Shown: piece by piece, positions 18,033 through 28,178 of the stretch
Layout: each line of letters begins with the position of its first letter
How positions within the stretch are numbered: position 1 is the stretch's first letter
Source: an uncultured Oscillospiraceae bacterium
GTDB lineage: Bacteria > Bacillota > Clostridia > Oscillospirales > Oscillospiraceae
Assembly (NCBI GenBank): GCA_944386885.1
Contig: CALXCU010000060.1
Coordinates: forward strand, 6,650 to 70,649
DNA: 64,000 nt
Direction of reading: 5' to 3'
Position numbers and translations under genes: made by a program
Notes under the pieces: model-generated
Databases searched by the model: none
What the model was told of the DNA's origin: nothing
What the model saw: only the letters and a program-made list of their open reading frames with translations

Positions 18033-18863
18033 ATGGAACTTGCCTACCGCCCCGGAGGCGCTGTCCGCGCCTGCTTTTTTAGTCCCACCGGGACCACCCG
18101 CACAGTGGTCTCTGCTGTTGCAGACGTTCTGGCCCGGGCGCTGGGCGCTCTGTCGGAGCCGTTCGATTTCACTTTGCCCGCCGCCCGCAGCGCCCCGCCC
18201 CCTATAGGGCCGGGGGATGTGGCGGTGGTGGGCCTGCCGGTGTACGCCGGACGGCTGCCCAATCTGATGCTGCCCTATCTGAACACCTGGGCAGGCCGGG
18301 ACGCCCTGGCCGTACCGGTGGTCCTCTTCGGCAACCGGAACTTCGACGACGCCCTGATGGAGCTACGGGAGGTACTGGAATGCCGGGGCTTCCACACGGC
18401 GGCGGGAGCCGCCTTTGTGGGGGAGCACGCCTTCTCCACCACGCTGGCCGCCGGGTGCCCGGACGGGGAGGACCTGGCCCGGGCCCGGGATTTCGGCCGC
18501 GCTGTGGCCCAAAAGCTGCGCTCCGGGCCCTTTGAGAGCCCCGTTCCGGTCCCCGGCCGTAACCCCGCGGGCCCCTACTACCAGCCCCGGGACCGCGTCG
18601 GCCGGCCCATCGACATCCGCAAAGTCAAGCCCAAGGTCTCCTCCGCCTGCATCCGCTGCGGCCGCTGCGCGGCGGTCTGCCCCATGGGGGCCATTGATCC
18701 GGCCGACGTGGCCCAGTGTCCCGGCGTGTGCATCAAGTGCGGCGCCTGCGTCAAAGGCTGCCCGGTCCAGGCCCGGTATTACGACGACCCCGGCTACCTC
18801 TACCATAAGCGGGAGCTGGAGCTGGGCTACCCCGGCCGGGCCCAGGTGCAGCTGTTTCTGTAA
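18033..18863 (+). CDS. Flavodoxin-like / 2x[4Fe-4S] ferredoxin-domain fusion protein (EFR1-like)
   Basis: ACFFSPTGTTRTV N-terminus. CIRCGRCAAVCP and CIKCGACVKGCP clusters. The ATG at 18033 follows GGGGGA. Confidence 0.75.
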   Translation: MELAYRPGGAVRACFFSPTGTTRTVVSAVADVLARALGALSEPFDFTLPAARSAPPPIGPGDVAVVGLPVYAGRLPNLMLPYLNTWAGRDALAVPVVLFGNRNFDDALMELREVLECRGFHTAAGAAFVGEHAFSTTLAAGCPDGEDLARARDFGRAVAQKLRSGPFESPVPVPGRNPAGPYYQPRDRVGRPIDIRKVKPKVSSACIRCGRCAAVCPMGAIDPADVAQCPGVCIKCGACVKGCPVQARYYDDPGYLYHKRELELGYPGRAQVQLFL

Positions 18864-18991
18864 TTTTTTCCGCTGGAGAAAAATTTTTTGTGCAGCCCTC
18901 TTCCCAAATCAACTTCATTGTGTTAATATACTAAAGTGACAGCGCTGTACTGTGCTGGATTCCCTGAAACAACACGATGGAGGATACGGAA

Positions 18992-19852
18992 ATGAAAGAA
19001 AAACTGCTTGCACTCGCCCTGGCCGGCGCCATGGGCCTGACTCTGGCCGCCTGCTCCGGCGGCGGGACCGCCTCCGCACCCAGCAGCGCCCCCTCCGGCA
19101 CGCAGGAGAGCGCCGCCCCTGCTGAGAGCGACCTGGCCTATGTCCAGGACAAGGGCACCCTGGTGGTGGGCATTACCTACTTCGCCCCCATGGACTACAA
19201 GGAGGAGGGCAGCGACGAGTGGATCGGCTTTGATGCCGACTTGGCCAAGGCTTTCGCCGAGAGCCTTGGCGTGGACGTGGAGTTCCAGGAGATCACCTGG
19301 GACTACAAGGTGGAGGAGCTGAACTCCCGGGCCATCGACTGCGTGTGGAACGGCATGACCCTCACCGACGACGTGCTCTCCGCCATGGGCACTTCCACCC
19401 CCTACTGCACCAACTACCAGACTCTGGTCTACTCCGCCGGCCGGGCCGCGGAATTTGAGGGCCTGACCAGCCTGGAGGGCCTGAACATCGCCGTGGAGTC
19501 CGGCTCCGCCGGCGAGGATGCCGCCGAGGCTCTGGGCGCCACTACCGTGCCGGTCCAGGCCCAGTCCAATGCCCTGATGGAGGTCTCCGCCGGCACCTCC
19601 GACGCCGCCGTCATCGATGTGCTGATGGCCGCCGAGATGACCGGCGAGGGCACCAGCTACAGCGACCTGGTCTACAGCCTGAACCTGAACGAGGCCCAGG
19701 ACCTGCCCTCCGAGGAGTACGGCGTGGGCTTCCGGCAGGGCTCCGACCTGGTGGATGCATTCAACACATTTTGGGCGGAGAAGGTGGCCGACGGCACCGT
19801 GTCGGACACCGCCACCACCTACGGCCTGCAGGACGCCGTGATCCTGGACTAA
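18992..19852 (+). CDS. Polar amino-acid ABC transporter substrate-binding lipoprotein
   Basis: Lipobox LAAC and an SBP_bac_3-like sequence (IDCVWNGMT). GGAGGA lies 7 nt before the ATG at 18992. Confidence 0.85.
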   Translation: MKEKLLALALAGAMGLTLAACSGGGTASAPSSAPSGTQESAAPAESDLAYVQDKGTLVVGITYFAPMDYKEEGSDEWIGFDADLAKAFAESLGVDVEFQEITWDYKVEELNSRAIDCVWNGMTLTDDVLSAMGTSTPYCTNYQTLVYSAGRAAEFEGLTSLEGLNIAVESGSAGEDAAEALGATTVPVQAQSNALMEVSAGTSDAAVIDVLMAAEMTGEGTSYSDLVYSLNLNEAQDLPSEEYGVGFRQGSDLVDAFNTFWAEKVADGTVSDTATTYGLQDAVILD

Positions 19853-19960
19853 GTCCCAATACAGCGGGCGCTGTGCGCGCAGCCAAGGCAGAGGGCGGGT
19901 TCGCCCTCTGCCTTTGGACGGCTTTTCCCCCTGATCACACCATCCGGAGAGGACGATACC

Positions 19961-20650
19961 ATGCTTGAATTTTTTACTTCCAGCACCTTTCAAACGGTGA
20001 TATCCGCCCTGAACAGCGGCTTCCTCAAGACCCTCCAGCTGTTCTTCATCACCCTTGTGGGGGCGCTGCCTCTGGGCCTGATCATCAGTTTCGGCTCCAT
20101 GAGCCGCTTTGCTCCCCTGCGGTGGGTCACCCGCACGGTGGTGTGGGTCATCCGCGGCACCCCTCTGGTGCTGCAGATCATCGCGCTGTTCTATGTGCCC
20201 GGGATACAGAAGTGGTTCAACTGGCCCAGCGGCGAGTCGGGCCGGATGCTGGCCGTGTGCGTGGCCTTCATCATCAACTACGCCTGCTACTTCTCGGAAA
20301 TCTACCGGGGCGGCATCCAGGGCGTGCCCAAGGGGCAGCAGGAGGCCGGTCTGGTGCTGGGCATGACCCGGCGGCAGATCTTCTTCCACGTCACGCTCCT
20401 GCAGATGATCAAGCGCATCGTCCCCCCCATCTCCAATGAGATCATCACCCTGGTCAAGGACACCTCTCTCGCCCGGGTCATCGCGCTGCAGGAGGTCATC
20501 TGGATGGGCGAATCCTTTATGAAGGGCAACTCCGGCATCGCGGGGCTGACCTGGCCGCTGTTCTTTACCGCGGTATACTACCTGATCTTCAGCGGCATCG
20601 TCACGGTGCTTCTGGGCAAGCTGGAGCGCAAGCTCTCCTTCTTTCAGTAA
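19961..20650 (+). CDS. Amino-acid ABC transporter permease (HisMQ family)
   Basis: EAGLVLGMTRRQIFFHVTLLQ (EAA loop). Confidence 0.9.
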   Translation: MLEFFTSSTFQTVISALNSGFLKTLQLFFITLVGALPLGLIISFGSMSRFAPLRWVTRTVVWVIRGTPLVLQIIALFYVPGIQKWFNWPSGESGRMLAVCVAFIINYACYFSEIYRGGIQGVPKGQQEAGLVLGMTRRQIFFHVTLLQMIKRIVPPISNEIITLVKDTSLARVIALQEVIWMGESFMKGNSGIAGLTWPLFFTAVYYLIFSGIVTVLLGKLERKLSFFQ

Positions 20651-20665
20651 CTAGGAGGACCGGAT

Positions 20666-21448
20666 ATGGCAATCTTAGAGGTACATCACATCGAAAAACA
20701 TTTCGGCGCCACCCGTGTGCTGGAGGATATCAGCTTCTCTCTGGAGCAGGGGCAGGCCCTGGCCATCATCGGCTCCTCGGGCAGCGGCAAGACTACCCTG
20801 CTGCGCTGCCTCAATTTTCTGGAAAAGCCCGACCGCGGCTCCATCTCAGTGGGCGGGTCGGTCATCTTTGACGCAGACAATCCCGCCACCCAGCGGGAGA
20901 GCGAGGTGCGGAAAAAACGCCTCCACTTCGGCCTGGTGTTTCAATCCTTCCACCTCTTTCCCCAGTATACCGCCCTGCGGAACGTGACCCTGGCCCGGGA
21001 GCTGCTGGCCCAGGAGCAGCCCGACTTTAAGCAGAACAAGAAGCAGATCTTGGAGCAGATCGAGGCCGAGGGCCGGGAGCTGCTGGCCAAAATGGGCCTC
21101 TCCGAGCGCGCCGGCCACTACCCCAGCCAGCTCTCCGGCGGGCAGCAGCAGCGGGTTGCCATCGCCCGGGCTCTGGCCCTCCACCCGGACATTCTCTGCT
21201 TTGACGAGCCCACCTCCGCCCTGGACCCGGAGCTCACCGGAGAGGTTCTCAAAGTCATCCGCTCCCTGGCCGAGCAGAAGACCACTATGATTATTGTCAC
21301 CCACGAGATGGCCTTTGCCCGGGACGTGGCGGACGAGGTGGTCTTTATGGACGGAGGAGTCATTGTCGAGAAAGGCCCCGCCCGGCAGGTCATTGAGCAC
21401 CCCCGGGAAGAGCGCACCCGGCAGTTCCTCTCTCGCTATCAGGGCTAA
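20666..21448 (+). CDS. Amino-acid ABC transporter ATP-binding protein (GlnQ-like)
   Basis: GSSGSGKTT, LSGGQQQRVAIARAL, ILCFDEPTSALD. Confidence 0.9.
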   Translation: MAILEVHHIEKHFGATRVLEDISFSLEQGQALAIIGSSGSGKTTLLRCLNFLEKPDRGSISVGGSVIFDADNPATQRESEVRKKRLHFGLVFQSFHLFPQYTALRNVTLARELLAQEQPDFKQNKKQILEQIEAEGRELLAKMGLSERAGHYPSQLSGGQQQRVAIARALALHPDILCFDEPTSALDPELTGEVLKVIRSLAEQKTTMIIVTHEMAFARDVADEVVFMDGGVIVEKGPARQVIEHPREERTRQFLSRYQG

Positions 21449-21458
21449 CGCATTCCGG

Positions 21459-21490
21459 CGCCCCGGTCTTGCACCGGGGCGTGTCTTTTT
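21459..21490 (+). terminator. Rho-independent terminator
   Basis: cgccccggt-cttgc-accggggcg followed by tgtcttttt. Confidence 0.75.
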
Positions 21491-21564
21491 GCTTTCGCGC
21501 TCTTGTGGCGGGGCCCGGGAGGCATTATAATGGGAGCAGAAACAGCGAAAAGGAGCAATGTCCC

Positions 21565-21903
21565 ATGGAGGAATTCTTTCTGCCCGTCCTCTCGCACTTC
21601 CTCAACGGAAATTTCTGGACCGCCAGCGCCGGCCGGATGCGCTATCGGGCCGTCCCGTCGGAGGACAAGAGCACCCTGACCGCCCAAGTTTGGGAGGGTC
21701 CTTATGGCTTTGCGTTCAGCCAGATTGAGGAGGAGGCCGCTTTCCCCCTCTCTCAGGAGGGACTGGACGCGCTGCGGGCCTGGGCGGTGGGTTGGGCAGA
21801 GACGATCAACGCCCGCCCCCGCCGCACTCTGGCCGAGGACCTGGCGCGCCGGGAGGCCGCCCTGGCCCAAAAAGCCGCCCCCAGGCCCGGGCAGAACCCG
21901 TAA
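21565..21903 (+). CDS. Hypothetical 112-aa protein
   Basis: AAGGAG lies 8 nt upstream of the ATG at 21565. The upstream part of the track ORF overlaps the terminator. No family recognised. Confidence 0.5.
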   Translation: MEEFFLPVLSHFLNGNFWTASAGRMRYRAVPSEDKSTLTAQVWEGPYGFAFSQIEEEAAFPLSQEGLDALRAWAVGWAETINARPRRTLAEDLARREAALAQKAAPRPGQNP

Positions 21904-21918
21904 ACGCCCGCTTTCCCC

Positions 21919-21947
21919 TTGTCAGAAGGCCCCTTGTGGGATATAAT
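21919..21947 (+). promoter_or_regulatory. Promoter TTGTCA-N17-TATAAT upstream of murC
   Basis: -35 at 21919-21924 and -10 at 21942-21947. Confidence 0.6.
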
Positions 21948-21991
21948 GGTTTGATTTCAATTGACATTTATTTGGAAAGGGTGTATGACCC

Positions 21992-23365
21992 ATGACTGAC
22001 AGCAGCATCCACGACTATCTGGTCCCCGGCCGCCGGGCCCATCTGGTGGGCATCGGCGGGGTGTCCATGGCTCCCCTGGCCGAGGTCCTCCACGGCATGG
22101 GGATGACGATCACCGGCTCCGACATGCGGGAGAGCCCCGCCGTGGACCATCTGCGGTCCCTGGGCGTCCCCGTAGCCATTGGGCAGCGGGCGGAGAACGT
22201 GGCGGGGGCTGAGCTGGTCATCCGCACCGCCGCCGCCCACGACTCCAACCCCGAAATTGCCGAGGCCCACCGGCTGAGCATCCCCGTCTATGAGCGGGCC
22301 CAGGCCTGGGGGTCCATTATGCGCGCCTACCGCAATGCCCTGTGCATCGCCGGCACCCATGGCAAGACGACCACCACTTCCATGTGCACCCATATCGCCA
22401 TGGCCGCCCACGCTGACCCCACCGTCATGATTGGCGGCACCCTCCCCCTTCTGGGCGCGGGCCACCGGGTGGGGCATGGCGACACCATCATCCTGGAGAG
22501 CTGCGAGTACTGCAACTCCTTCCTCCATTTTTACCCTACCATCGCCGTGATCCTAAACATTGAAGCCGACCACCTGGACTTTTTCAAGGATCTGGATGAT
22601 GTGGAGCATTCCTTCCGGGCCTTTGCCGACCGGGTACCCGCAGATGGCTTCATCATCGCCAACCGGGACGATGCGAACACCATGCACACCCTGATTGGGG
22701 AGAAGCGCCGGATGCTCACCTTTGGCCTGGAGGAGGGGGATGTCCACGGGGAGAACCTTACCTGGCACAATGGCTTCCCCGCCTTCGACGTAGTGGTTCA
22801 GGGGGAGCCCTTCGCCCATGTGGAACTCCAGGTGCCGGGGCTGCACAATGTAAAGAACGCCCTGGCTGCCGCGGCCGCCGCCTGGGTCCTCCACTTCCCC
22901 GCCTCCGCCGTGGAGCAGGGGCTCTCCGCCTTCCTGGGGGCAGGGCGCCCCTTTGAGCGGAAAGGGGAGTACCACGGTGCGGCGGTCTACGACGACTATG
23001 CCCACCATCCCGGGGAGCTGGAGGCCCTCTTCGCCGCCGCCCGGCAGCTCCACTACCAGCGCCTGATCTGCGCCTTCCAGCCCCACACCTACTCCCGGAC
23101 CAAGGCCCTCTTCTCCGACTTCGTCCGGGTCCTGCGGGAGCCCGATGTGACCATCCTGGCCGAGATCTACGCCGCCCGGGAGACCAATGAGCTGGGTATC
23201 TCCTCCGCCGACCTGGCCCGGGAGATCCCCGGCAGCCGCTACTGCGCCACCCTGGAGGAGGTCACCGCCTGCCTGCGGGAGCTGGCCCGGCCGGGAGACC
23301 TGATCCTCACCGTGGGGGCGGGGGACATCTATACCGCCGGGGAGGCTCTCCTGCGGGAGGGATAA
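21992..23365 (+). CDS. murC: UDP-N-acetylmuramate--L-alanine ligase
   Basis: IAGTHGKTTTTSM P-loop and Mur ligase middle and C-terminal motifs. Confidence 0.92.
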   Translation: MTDSSIHDYLVPGRRAHLVGIGGVSMAPLAEVLHGMGMTITGSDMRESPAVDHLRSLGVPVAIGQRAENVAGAELVIRTAAAHDSNPEIAEAHRLSIPVYERAQAWGSIMRAYRNALCIAGTHGKTTTTSMCTHIAMAAHADPTVMIGGTLPLLGAGHRVGHGDTIILESCEYCNSFLHFYPTIAVILNIEADHLDFFKDLDDVEHSFRAFADRVPADGFIIANRDDANTMHTLIGEKRRMLTFGLEEGDVHGENLTWHNGFPAFDVVVQGEPFAHVELQVPGLHNVKNALAAAAAAWVLHFPASAVEQGLSAFLGAGRPFERKGEYHGAAVYDDYAHHPGELEALFAAARQLHYQRLICAFQPHTYSRTKALFSDFVRVLREPDVTILAEIYAARETNELGISSADLAREIPGSRYCATLEEVTACLRELARPGDLILTVGAGDIYTAGEALLREG

Positions 23366-23402
23366 AGAAGCCCTTTCTCTTCCCATTTTGGTGTGTTATA
23401 AT

Positions 23403-23440
23403 GGGGGGCGGACTTGTTCCGCCCCCCTAACTCTTTTCCG
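23403..23440 (+). terminator. Hairpin after murC with a weak U-tract
   Basis: ggggggcgga-cttgt-tccgcccccc followed by taactctttt. Confidence 0.5.
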
Positions 23441-23451
23441 GAGGAACCGCG

Positions 23452-24933
23452 ATGCTGTTCAATTCACTGGACTTTCTCATCTTCTTCCCCGTCGTCACCC
23501 TCTTCTATTTCGTCCTCCCCCACCGGGTGCGCTGGGTATGGCTGCTCATCGCCAGCTATTATTTCTATATGTGCTGGAATCCCCGCTATGCCCTGTTGAT
23601 GCTCACCTCCACCGCCATCACCTTCCTGAGCGGCGTGCTCATCCACCGCTCCAACCAGATTCCCGACGCCAAGCGCCGCGCCTGGATGCGCAGGCTCTGG
23701 GTCGCTCTGAGCTTTGGGAGTAATCTGGCCATCCTCTTCTTCTTCAAATACTGGGGCTTCTTCTGGGACAACCTGGAGGCGGTGTTCGCTCTGGGCGGGA
23801 TCGCCCTGCACCGTCCGGTCTTTGATGTTATTTTGCCGGTGGGCATCTCCTTTTACACCTTCCAGGCCCTGAGCTATACCATGGACGTGTACCGGGGGGA
23901 GATCGAGGCTGAGCCCAATTTCTTCCGCTATGCTCTCTTTGTCTCCTTTTTCCCCCAGCTGGTGGCCGGCCCTATCGAGCGCTCCAAGAACCTTCTGCTC
24001 CAGGTCCACGAGCGCCATACCTTTGACGCCCAGCGGGCCCGGGACGGGCTGCTGCTGATGCTCTGGGGCCTGTTTCAGAAGATGGTGGTGGCCGACCGGG
24101 TGGCCATTGTGGTGGACAACGTCTTTGACAACTATGCCGCCATGCCCGCCTGGGCGGTGATTTTAGCTGTGGTCCTCTTCGCCTTCCAGATCTACTGCGA
24201 CTTTGGCGGCTATTCCAACATCGCCATCGGCGCGGCCCAGGTCATGGGCTTTCGCCTGATGGAGAACTTCCGTCAGCCCTATTTGTCCCAGTCCTGCGGG
24301 GAGTTCTGGCACCGCTGGCACATCTCCCTCTCCACCTGGTTCCGGGACTACCTCTATATCCCGCTGGGGGGCAACCGGAAGGGGACGGCCCGGAAATATG
24401 TGAACAATCTCATCACCTTCACTGCCTCCGGCCTTTGGCACGGGGCCAGCTGGAACTATGTGGTCTGGGGGGCTCTCAACGGCGTGTATCAGGTGCTGGG
24501 CGGCATCCTCCGCCCCGTGCGGGAGCGCTTGTGCGCTGCCCTGCACCTGCCCACCAGGACCCTGGTATGGAAAGCGGTGCGCATCGCCCTGACCTTTGTG
24601 CTCATCGACTTCGCCTGGCTTTTCTTCCGGGCCCCTTCTTTCTCCACCGCTCTGGACATCCTGGCTCATGTGGCCGCCGGGGGCGCGGCGGCGGCAGAGG
24701 GTTTCTCCCTGGGACTGGGCGGGGCCGAGCTGCGGGTGATGCTCCTCTCTCTGGCGGCACTTTTTGCGGTGGACCTGTGCAACAGCGCTGGAATCCAGGT
24801 GCGCCGGTACCTGCTGCGCCTGCCGCTGCCGGTGCGGTGGGTCTGTTATCTGGCTGTGGTCTATGTGATCCTGATTTTCGGCATCTACGGGCCTGATTTC
24901 TCCGAGTCCCAGTTTATCTACTTCCAGTTCTGA
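23452..24933 (+). CDS. MBOAT-family membrane O-acyltransferase (AlgI/DltB-like)
   Basis: Polytopic, with the conserved WHISLSTWFRDYLYIPLGGNR histidine region. Confidence 0.9.
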   Translation: MLFNSLDFLIFFPVVTLFYFVLPHRVRWVWLLIASYYFYMCWNPRYALLMLTSTAITFLSGVLIHRSNQIPDAKRRAWMRRLWVALSFGSNLAILFFFKYWGFFWDNLEAVFALGGIALHRPVFDVILPVGISFYTFQALSYTMDVYRGEIEAEPNFFRYALFVSFFPQLVAGPIERSKNLLLQVHERHTFDAQRARDGLLLMLWGLFQKMVVADRVAIVVDNVFDNYAAMPAWAVILAVVLFAFQIYCDFGGYSNIAIGAAQVMGFRLMENFRQPYLSQSCGEFWHRWHISLSTWFRDYLYIPLGGNRKGTARKYVNNLITFTASGLWHGASWNYVVWGALNGVYQVLGGILRPVRERLCAALHLPTRTLVWKAVRIALTFVLIDFAWLFFRAPSFSTALDILAHVAAGGAAAAEGFSLGLGGAELRVMLLSLAALFAVDLCNSAGIQVRRYLLRLPLPVRWVCYLAVVYVILIFGIYGPDFSESQFIYFQF

Positions 24934-24942
24934 GGTGGCGCC

Positions 24943-25968
24943 ATGACTTCCAACAAGAAATTTTTTCTCAGCGCCCTGGCCCTGCTCCTCATTTTCCTGC
25001 TGACGGCGGGCCCGGTGACTTGGCTCTTTGCCCGCAAGTCCCTGGAGCCCCCCTGGGACATGTCCAACAAGGTGGGGGGGTTCTTCAACGAACCGGAGGG
25101 GGAGTTCTCCGTCCTTTTCTTCGGCTCTTCCCATGTCTACGCCTCGGTCTCCCCCCTGGAGCTGTGGTACAACACAGGAATCAAAAGCTATGTCTTTGCC
25201 ACCCAGCTTCAGCCCATGTGGGCCACCTACTACTATGTGAAGGAGGCCCTCAAGACCCAGGACCCCCAGCTCATCGTGGTCGAGTGCAATATGATGGGGG
25301 ATGATCAGAAGTACTACGACGACGGGGTGAACTTCTCCTTCATGGACGACCTGCCCCTGTCCCTGGACAAAATCAAGCTGGCCATGGTCTCCGCCCCAGC
25401 GGGGGAGCGGGCTCCCCTGGTGTGGAATTTTATGAAGTACCACAGCCGCTGGGACGAGCTGGAGGACGCCGACTACCACACCCGCCGTTCCGATCTGCAC
25501 GACTCCTATAAGGGCCATGTGCTCCTGCCCGACCGGCAGGTGGCCGCACCGGAGACCATCCCCATGGAGGCAGGGGAGAGCGGCGCCCTGCTGGAGAAGA
25601 ATGTGGAATACCTGGTGAAGATCATTGAGCTGTGCGAAGCTGAAGGCATTGACCTCTGGCTGATCAAATCTCCCTCTAACACCGCCCTGGAGGAGACCCA
25701 GGCCCTGCGCATGGAGTCGGTGGGGGAGCTGGCCGCCGCCTACGGGGTACCCTTTGACGATTTCAACGGCTCCTACGAAGCCATCGGCCTGACCACTGCC
25801 GACTTCTATGACCAGCGCCATCTGACGGGGGTGGCCGCGGCACGGTTCACCGACTATCTCAGCCTTCTCATCAGCCAGCGCTATCCTGACTTGGCCGCCG
25901 ACTCAGGCGACGAGGCGTGGGCCGCTGACTACGAGGCCTACCGCCAGACCCTGGCCAGCTACACCTAA
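24943..25968 (+). CDS. SGNH-fold accessory protein partnered with the MBOAT (DltD/AlgX-like)
   Basis: N-terminal TM anchor, a block-I-like FFGSSH, and a C-terminal DQRHL (DxxH). Gene order is typical of MBOAT pairs. Confidence 0.6.
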   Translation: MTSNKKFFLSALALLLIFLLTAGPVTWLFARKSLEPPWDMSNKVGGFFNEPEGEFSVLFFGSSHVYASVSPLELWYNTGIKSYVFATQLQPMWATYYYVKEALKTQDPQLIVVECNMMGDDQKYYDDGVNFSFMDDLPLSLDKIKLAMVSAPAGERAPLVWNFMKYHSRWDELEDADYHTRRSDLHDSYKGHVLLPDRQVAAPETIPMEAGESGALLEKNVEYLVKIIELCEAEGIDLWLIKSPSNTALEETQALRMESVGELAAAYGVPFDDFNGSYEAIGLTTADFYDQRHLTGVAAARFTDYLSLLISQRYPDLAADSGDEAWAADYEAYRQTLASYT

Positions 25969-26804
25969 AGCAAAACACACGTATCCAAGGGGACAAGTCC
26001 CCCTGGCATACGTGTGTTTTTGCGCTTGCCGGCCGCCTGGATCGGGAACTTCTGGTCAGGGACGCTCAAAAAAAGGAGGCTCACGCTCCCCATCTGGCAC
26101 TGAACCTGGATGGTCTTGTCTGCTCCGCAGTCAATGGGCACATCCCCGTGCATGCCGGCATACGCTTCCCCGCCCAGCTCAATATGGCCCAGCTCATACT
26201 CCAGCTCATAGTTGAAGTCCTCCTCGCTCCCCGCCAGCTCTAAGGTCGTTTTCCCCTGGAACTGCTCCACTCGGGCCGTCTCTTCTAAATACCCGGAGTA
26301 ATAAATACTTCCTTTATCGCAATTAGTGGTTAATTCGTTGGTATGGAGCCCCTCTGCTGTCAGCGCCCCGCCGGTCACCGACAGCTCCACGCTCTGAAAA
26401 AGGTACTCCGCCGGGACCGTCACAACAAGATGGTTTTCATACGCTGCGGTCACCACATAAACCCCATCCTCTATGTACGCCTCGCAGGTGTTGCCGCTTA
26501 ATTCTGACACGCCAAATGCCTCGCCCTCTACGAGCTCCAAAGTGCCAAGCTGCACGGAGCAGCGAAGGCCCGTAATCTCACTTTTTGCCTCCGCCTCTTG
26601 ACGGCTCGCCCCATTTTCCTCCGGAGCCTCTGTTTCTGAAGTCGCGTTATCGTCGGATTGCCCCGGCCGAGATGGTTCTTGGGAGAAAGCCGGTGCAGCG
26701 GCATGCTCCGCACCATATCTTTGATAGAGGTAACATACCGCGACAGCAAGGATCGTTACAGCAAGCAGTAAAAACGCCATAAGAAACCCTGTCAGTTTTT
26801 TCAT
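25965..26804 (-). CDS. Membrane-anchored DUF4097-like (putative adhesin / beta-rich) protein
   Basis: N-terminal TM segment, an acidic linker, then repetitive beta-strand-like segments. The last ~35 codons run through the terminator hairpin, so the true C-terminus is of low information. Confidence 0.55.
   Translation of the reverse strand: MKKLTGFLMAFLLLAVTILAVAVCYLYQRYGAEHAAAPAFSQEPSRPGQSDDNATSETEAPEENGASRQEAEAKSEITGLRCSVQLGTLELVEGEAFGVSELSGNTCEAYIEDGVYVVTAAYENHLVVTVPAEYLFQSVELSVTGGALTAEGLHTNELTTNCDKGSIYYSGYLEETARVEQFQGKTTLELAGSEEDFNYELEYELGHIELGGEAYAGMHGDVPIDCGADKTIQVQCQMGSVSLLFLSVPDQKFPIQAAGKRKNTRMPGGLVPLDTCVLL
25972..26021 (+). terminator. Long hairpin terminator after the MBOAT pair
   Basis: aaaacacacgtat...atacgtgtgtttt with a nested GC hairpin. 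It is also read through as coding by the convergent gene. Confidence 0.7.
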
Positions 26805-26993
26805 CTTCTTAATTCCTCCTTTGTTTCATTTTACACCGCATCTCCCCTCTGATGTAAGTTTTTTGGGAATATAAATGAAAATTTTGTTTCTTTTTAACAA
26901 TTCTTTCTCTCTAGTCTATCAGTCAATCCGCCCTAGCTGCGCCCGATTTCTTCCCTTCTTTTCCGCTGTGAACGCATCTGGCTTCCGGTCTGT

Positions 26994-27035
26994 AAAAAGG
27001 AAAGCCCGGCGGACCCAAATGGGTCCGCCGGGCTT
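26994..27035 (-). terminator. Rho-independent terminator of ilvBNC
   Basis: aagcccggcggaccc-(4 nt)-gggtccgccgggctt, followed on the - strand by tccttttt. Confidence 0.85.
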
Positions 27036-27052
27036 GCTTCCGGGAGCGGTAT

Positions 27053-28072
27053 TTAGTTGGACGCGGTGTCCAGATCCGAGTCATTGCCCCAAATCATGTT
27101 CTTGCGCAGCTGCTCGCCCACGATCTCCATCTGGTGCTTCTTGAGCTGCTGGCGCTTGGAGTTAAAGAAGGTGCGGCCGTTCTTGTTCTCGGCGATCCAG
27201 CGCCCGGCAAAGGTGCCGTCCTGGATGTCGGAGAGGACCGCCCGCATATTGGCCTTGATCTCCTCCTTGGGCAGGACGCGGGGACCGGAGACATACTCGC
27301 CAAACTCGGCGGTGTCCGAGATGGAGTAGTTCATGGCAGCCACGCCGCCCTTGTTGATCAGGTCAATGATGAGCTTCATCTCGTGGATGCACTCGAAGTA
27401 GGCGTTCTCGGGCTCGTATCCGGCCTCCACCAGCACCTCGAAGCCGCAGCGCATCAGGTCCACCACGCCGCCGCACAGGACGGTCTGCTCGCCGAAGAGA
27501 TCGGTCTCAGTCTCGTCGTGGAAGGTGGTCTCCATCACGCCAGCCCGGGCGCCGCCAATGCCGGCGATGTAGGCCAGGGCGATCTTATAGGCGTTGCCGG
27601 TGGCGTTCTGCTCCACAGCCACCAGGCAGGGCACGCCCTTGCCGTTGACATAGGTGGAGCGGACGGTGTGGCCGGGCCCCTTGGGGGCGGCCATGAATAC
27701 ATCCACGCCGGCAGGCGGGACGATCTGCTGATAGCGGATATTGAAGCCGTGGGCAAACGCCAGGGCCTTGCCCTCTGTCATATAGGGCGCGATGTCCTTC
27801 TTGTAGACCTCAGCCTGGACCTCGTCGTTGATGAGCATCATGACAATGTCGCCCCACTGGGCGGCCTCGGGGACGGTCTTGACGGTCAGTCCGGCCTGCT
27901 CGGCCTCAGCCCAGCGCTTGGAGCCCTGGCGCAGGCCCACACAGACCTCACAGCCGGAATCCTTCAGATTCAGGGCGTGGGCGTGGCCCTGCGAGCCGTA
28001 GCCGATGATGGCAATCTTCTTACCGTCCAGATAGCTCAGGTCACAGTCCTTCTCGTAGTACATCTTTGCCAT
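27053..28072 (-). CDS. ilvC: Ketol-acid reductoisomerase
   Basis: [19 protein letters not shown] and the full-length class I KARI pattern. Confidence 0.95.
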   Translation of the reverse strand: MAKMYYEKDCDLSYLDGKKIAIIGYGSQGHAHALNLKDSGCEVCVGLRQGSKRWAEAEQAGLTVKTVPEAAQWGDIVMMLINDEVQAEVYKKDIAPYMTEGKALAFAHGFNIRYQQIVPPAGVDVFMAAPKGPGHTVRSTYVNGKGVPCLVAVEQNATGNAYKIALAYIAGIGGARAGVMETTFHDETETDLFGEQTVLCGGVVDLMRCGFEVLVEAGYEPENAYFECIHEMKLIIDLINKGGVAAMNYSISDTAEFGEYVSGPRVLPKEEIKANMRAVLSDIQDGTFAGRWIAENKNGRTFFNSKRQQLKKHQMEIVGEQLRKNMIWGNDSDLDTASN

Positions 28073-28178
28073 GTGAATACACTCCTTTATTGGTCAAGAT
28101 ATCCCTCTCGGCCCCATCATACCACAGAGCCGGGAAAAAGAATGATAACTAGGTTACAATTGGAGAGAAAAATCTCTC

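Noticed and set aside
21961-21989. A second perfect-looking TTGACA-N17-TATGAC promoter immediately before murC.
   Set aside because: The predicted transcription start would fall at or beyond the murC ATG (21992) and would remove the ribosome-binding site. The upstream TTGTCA-N17-TATAAT at 21919-21947 is the more plausible promoter.
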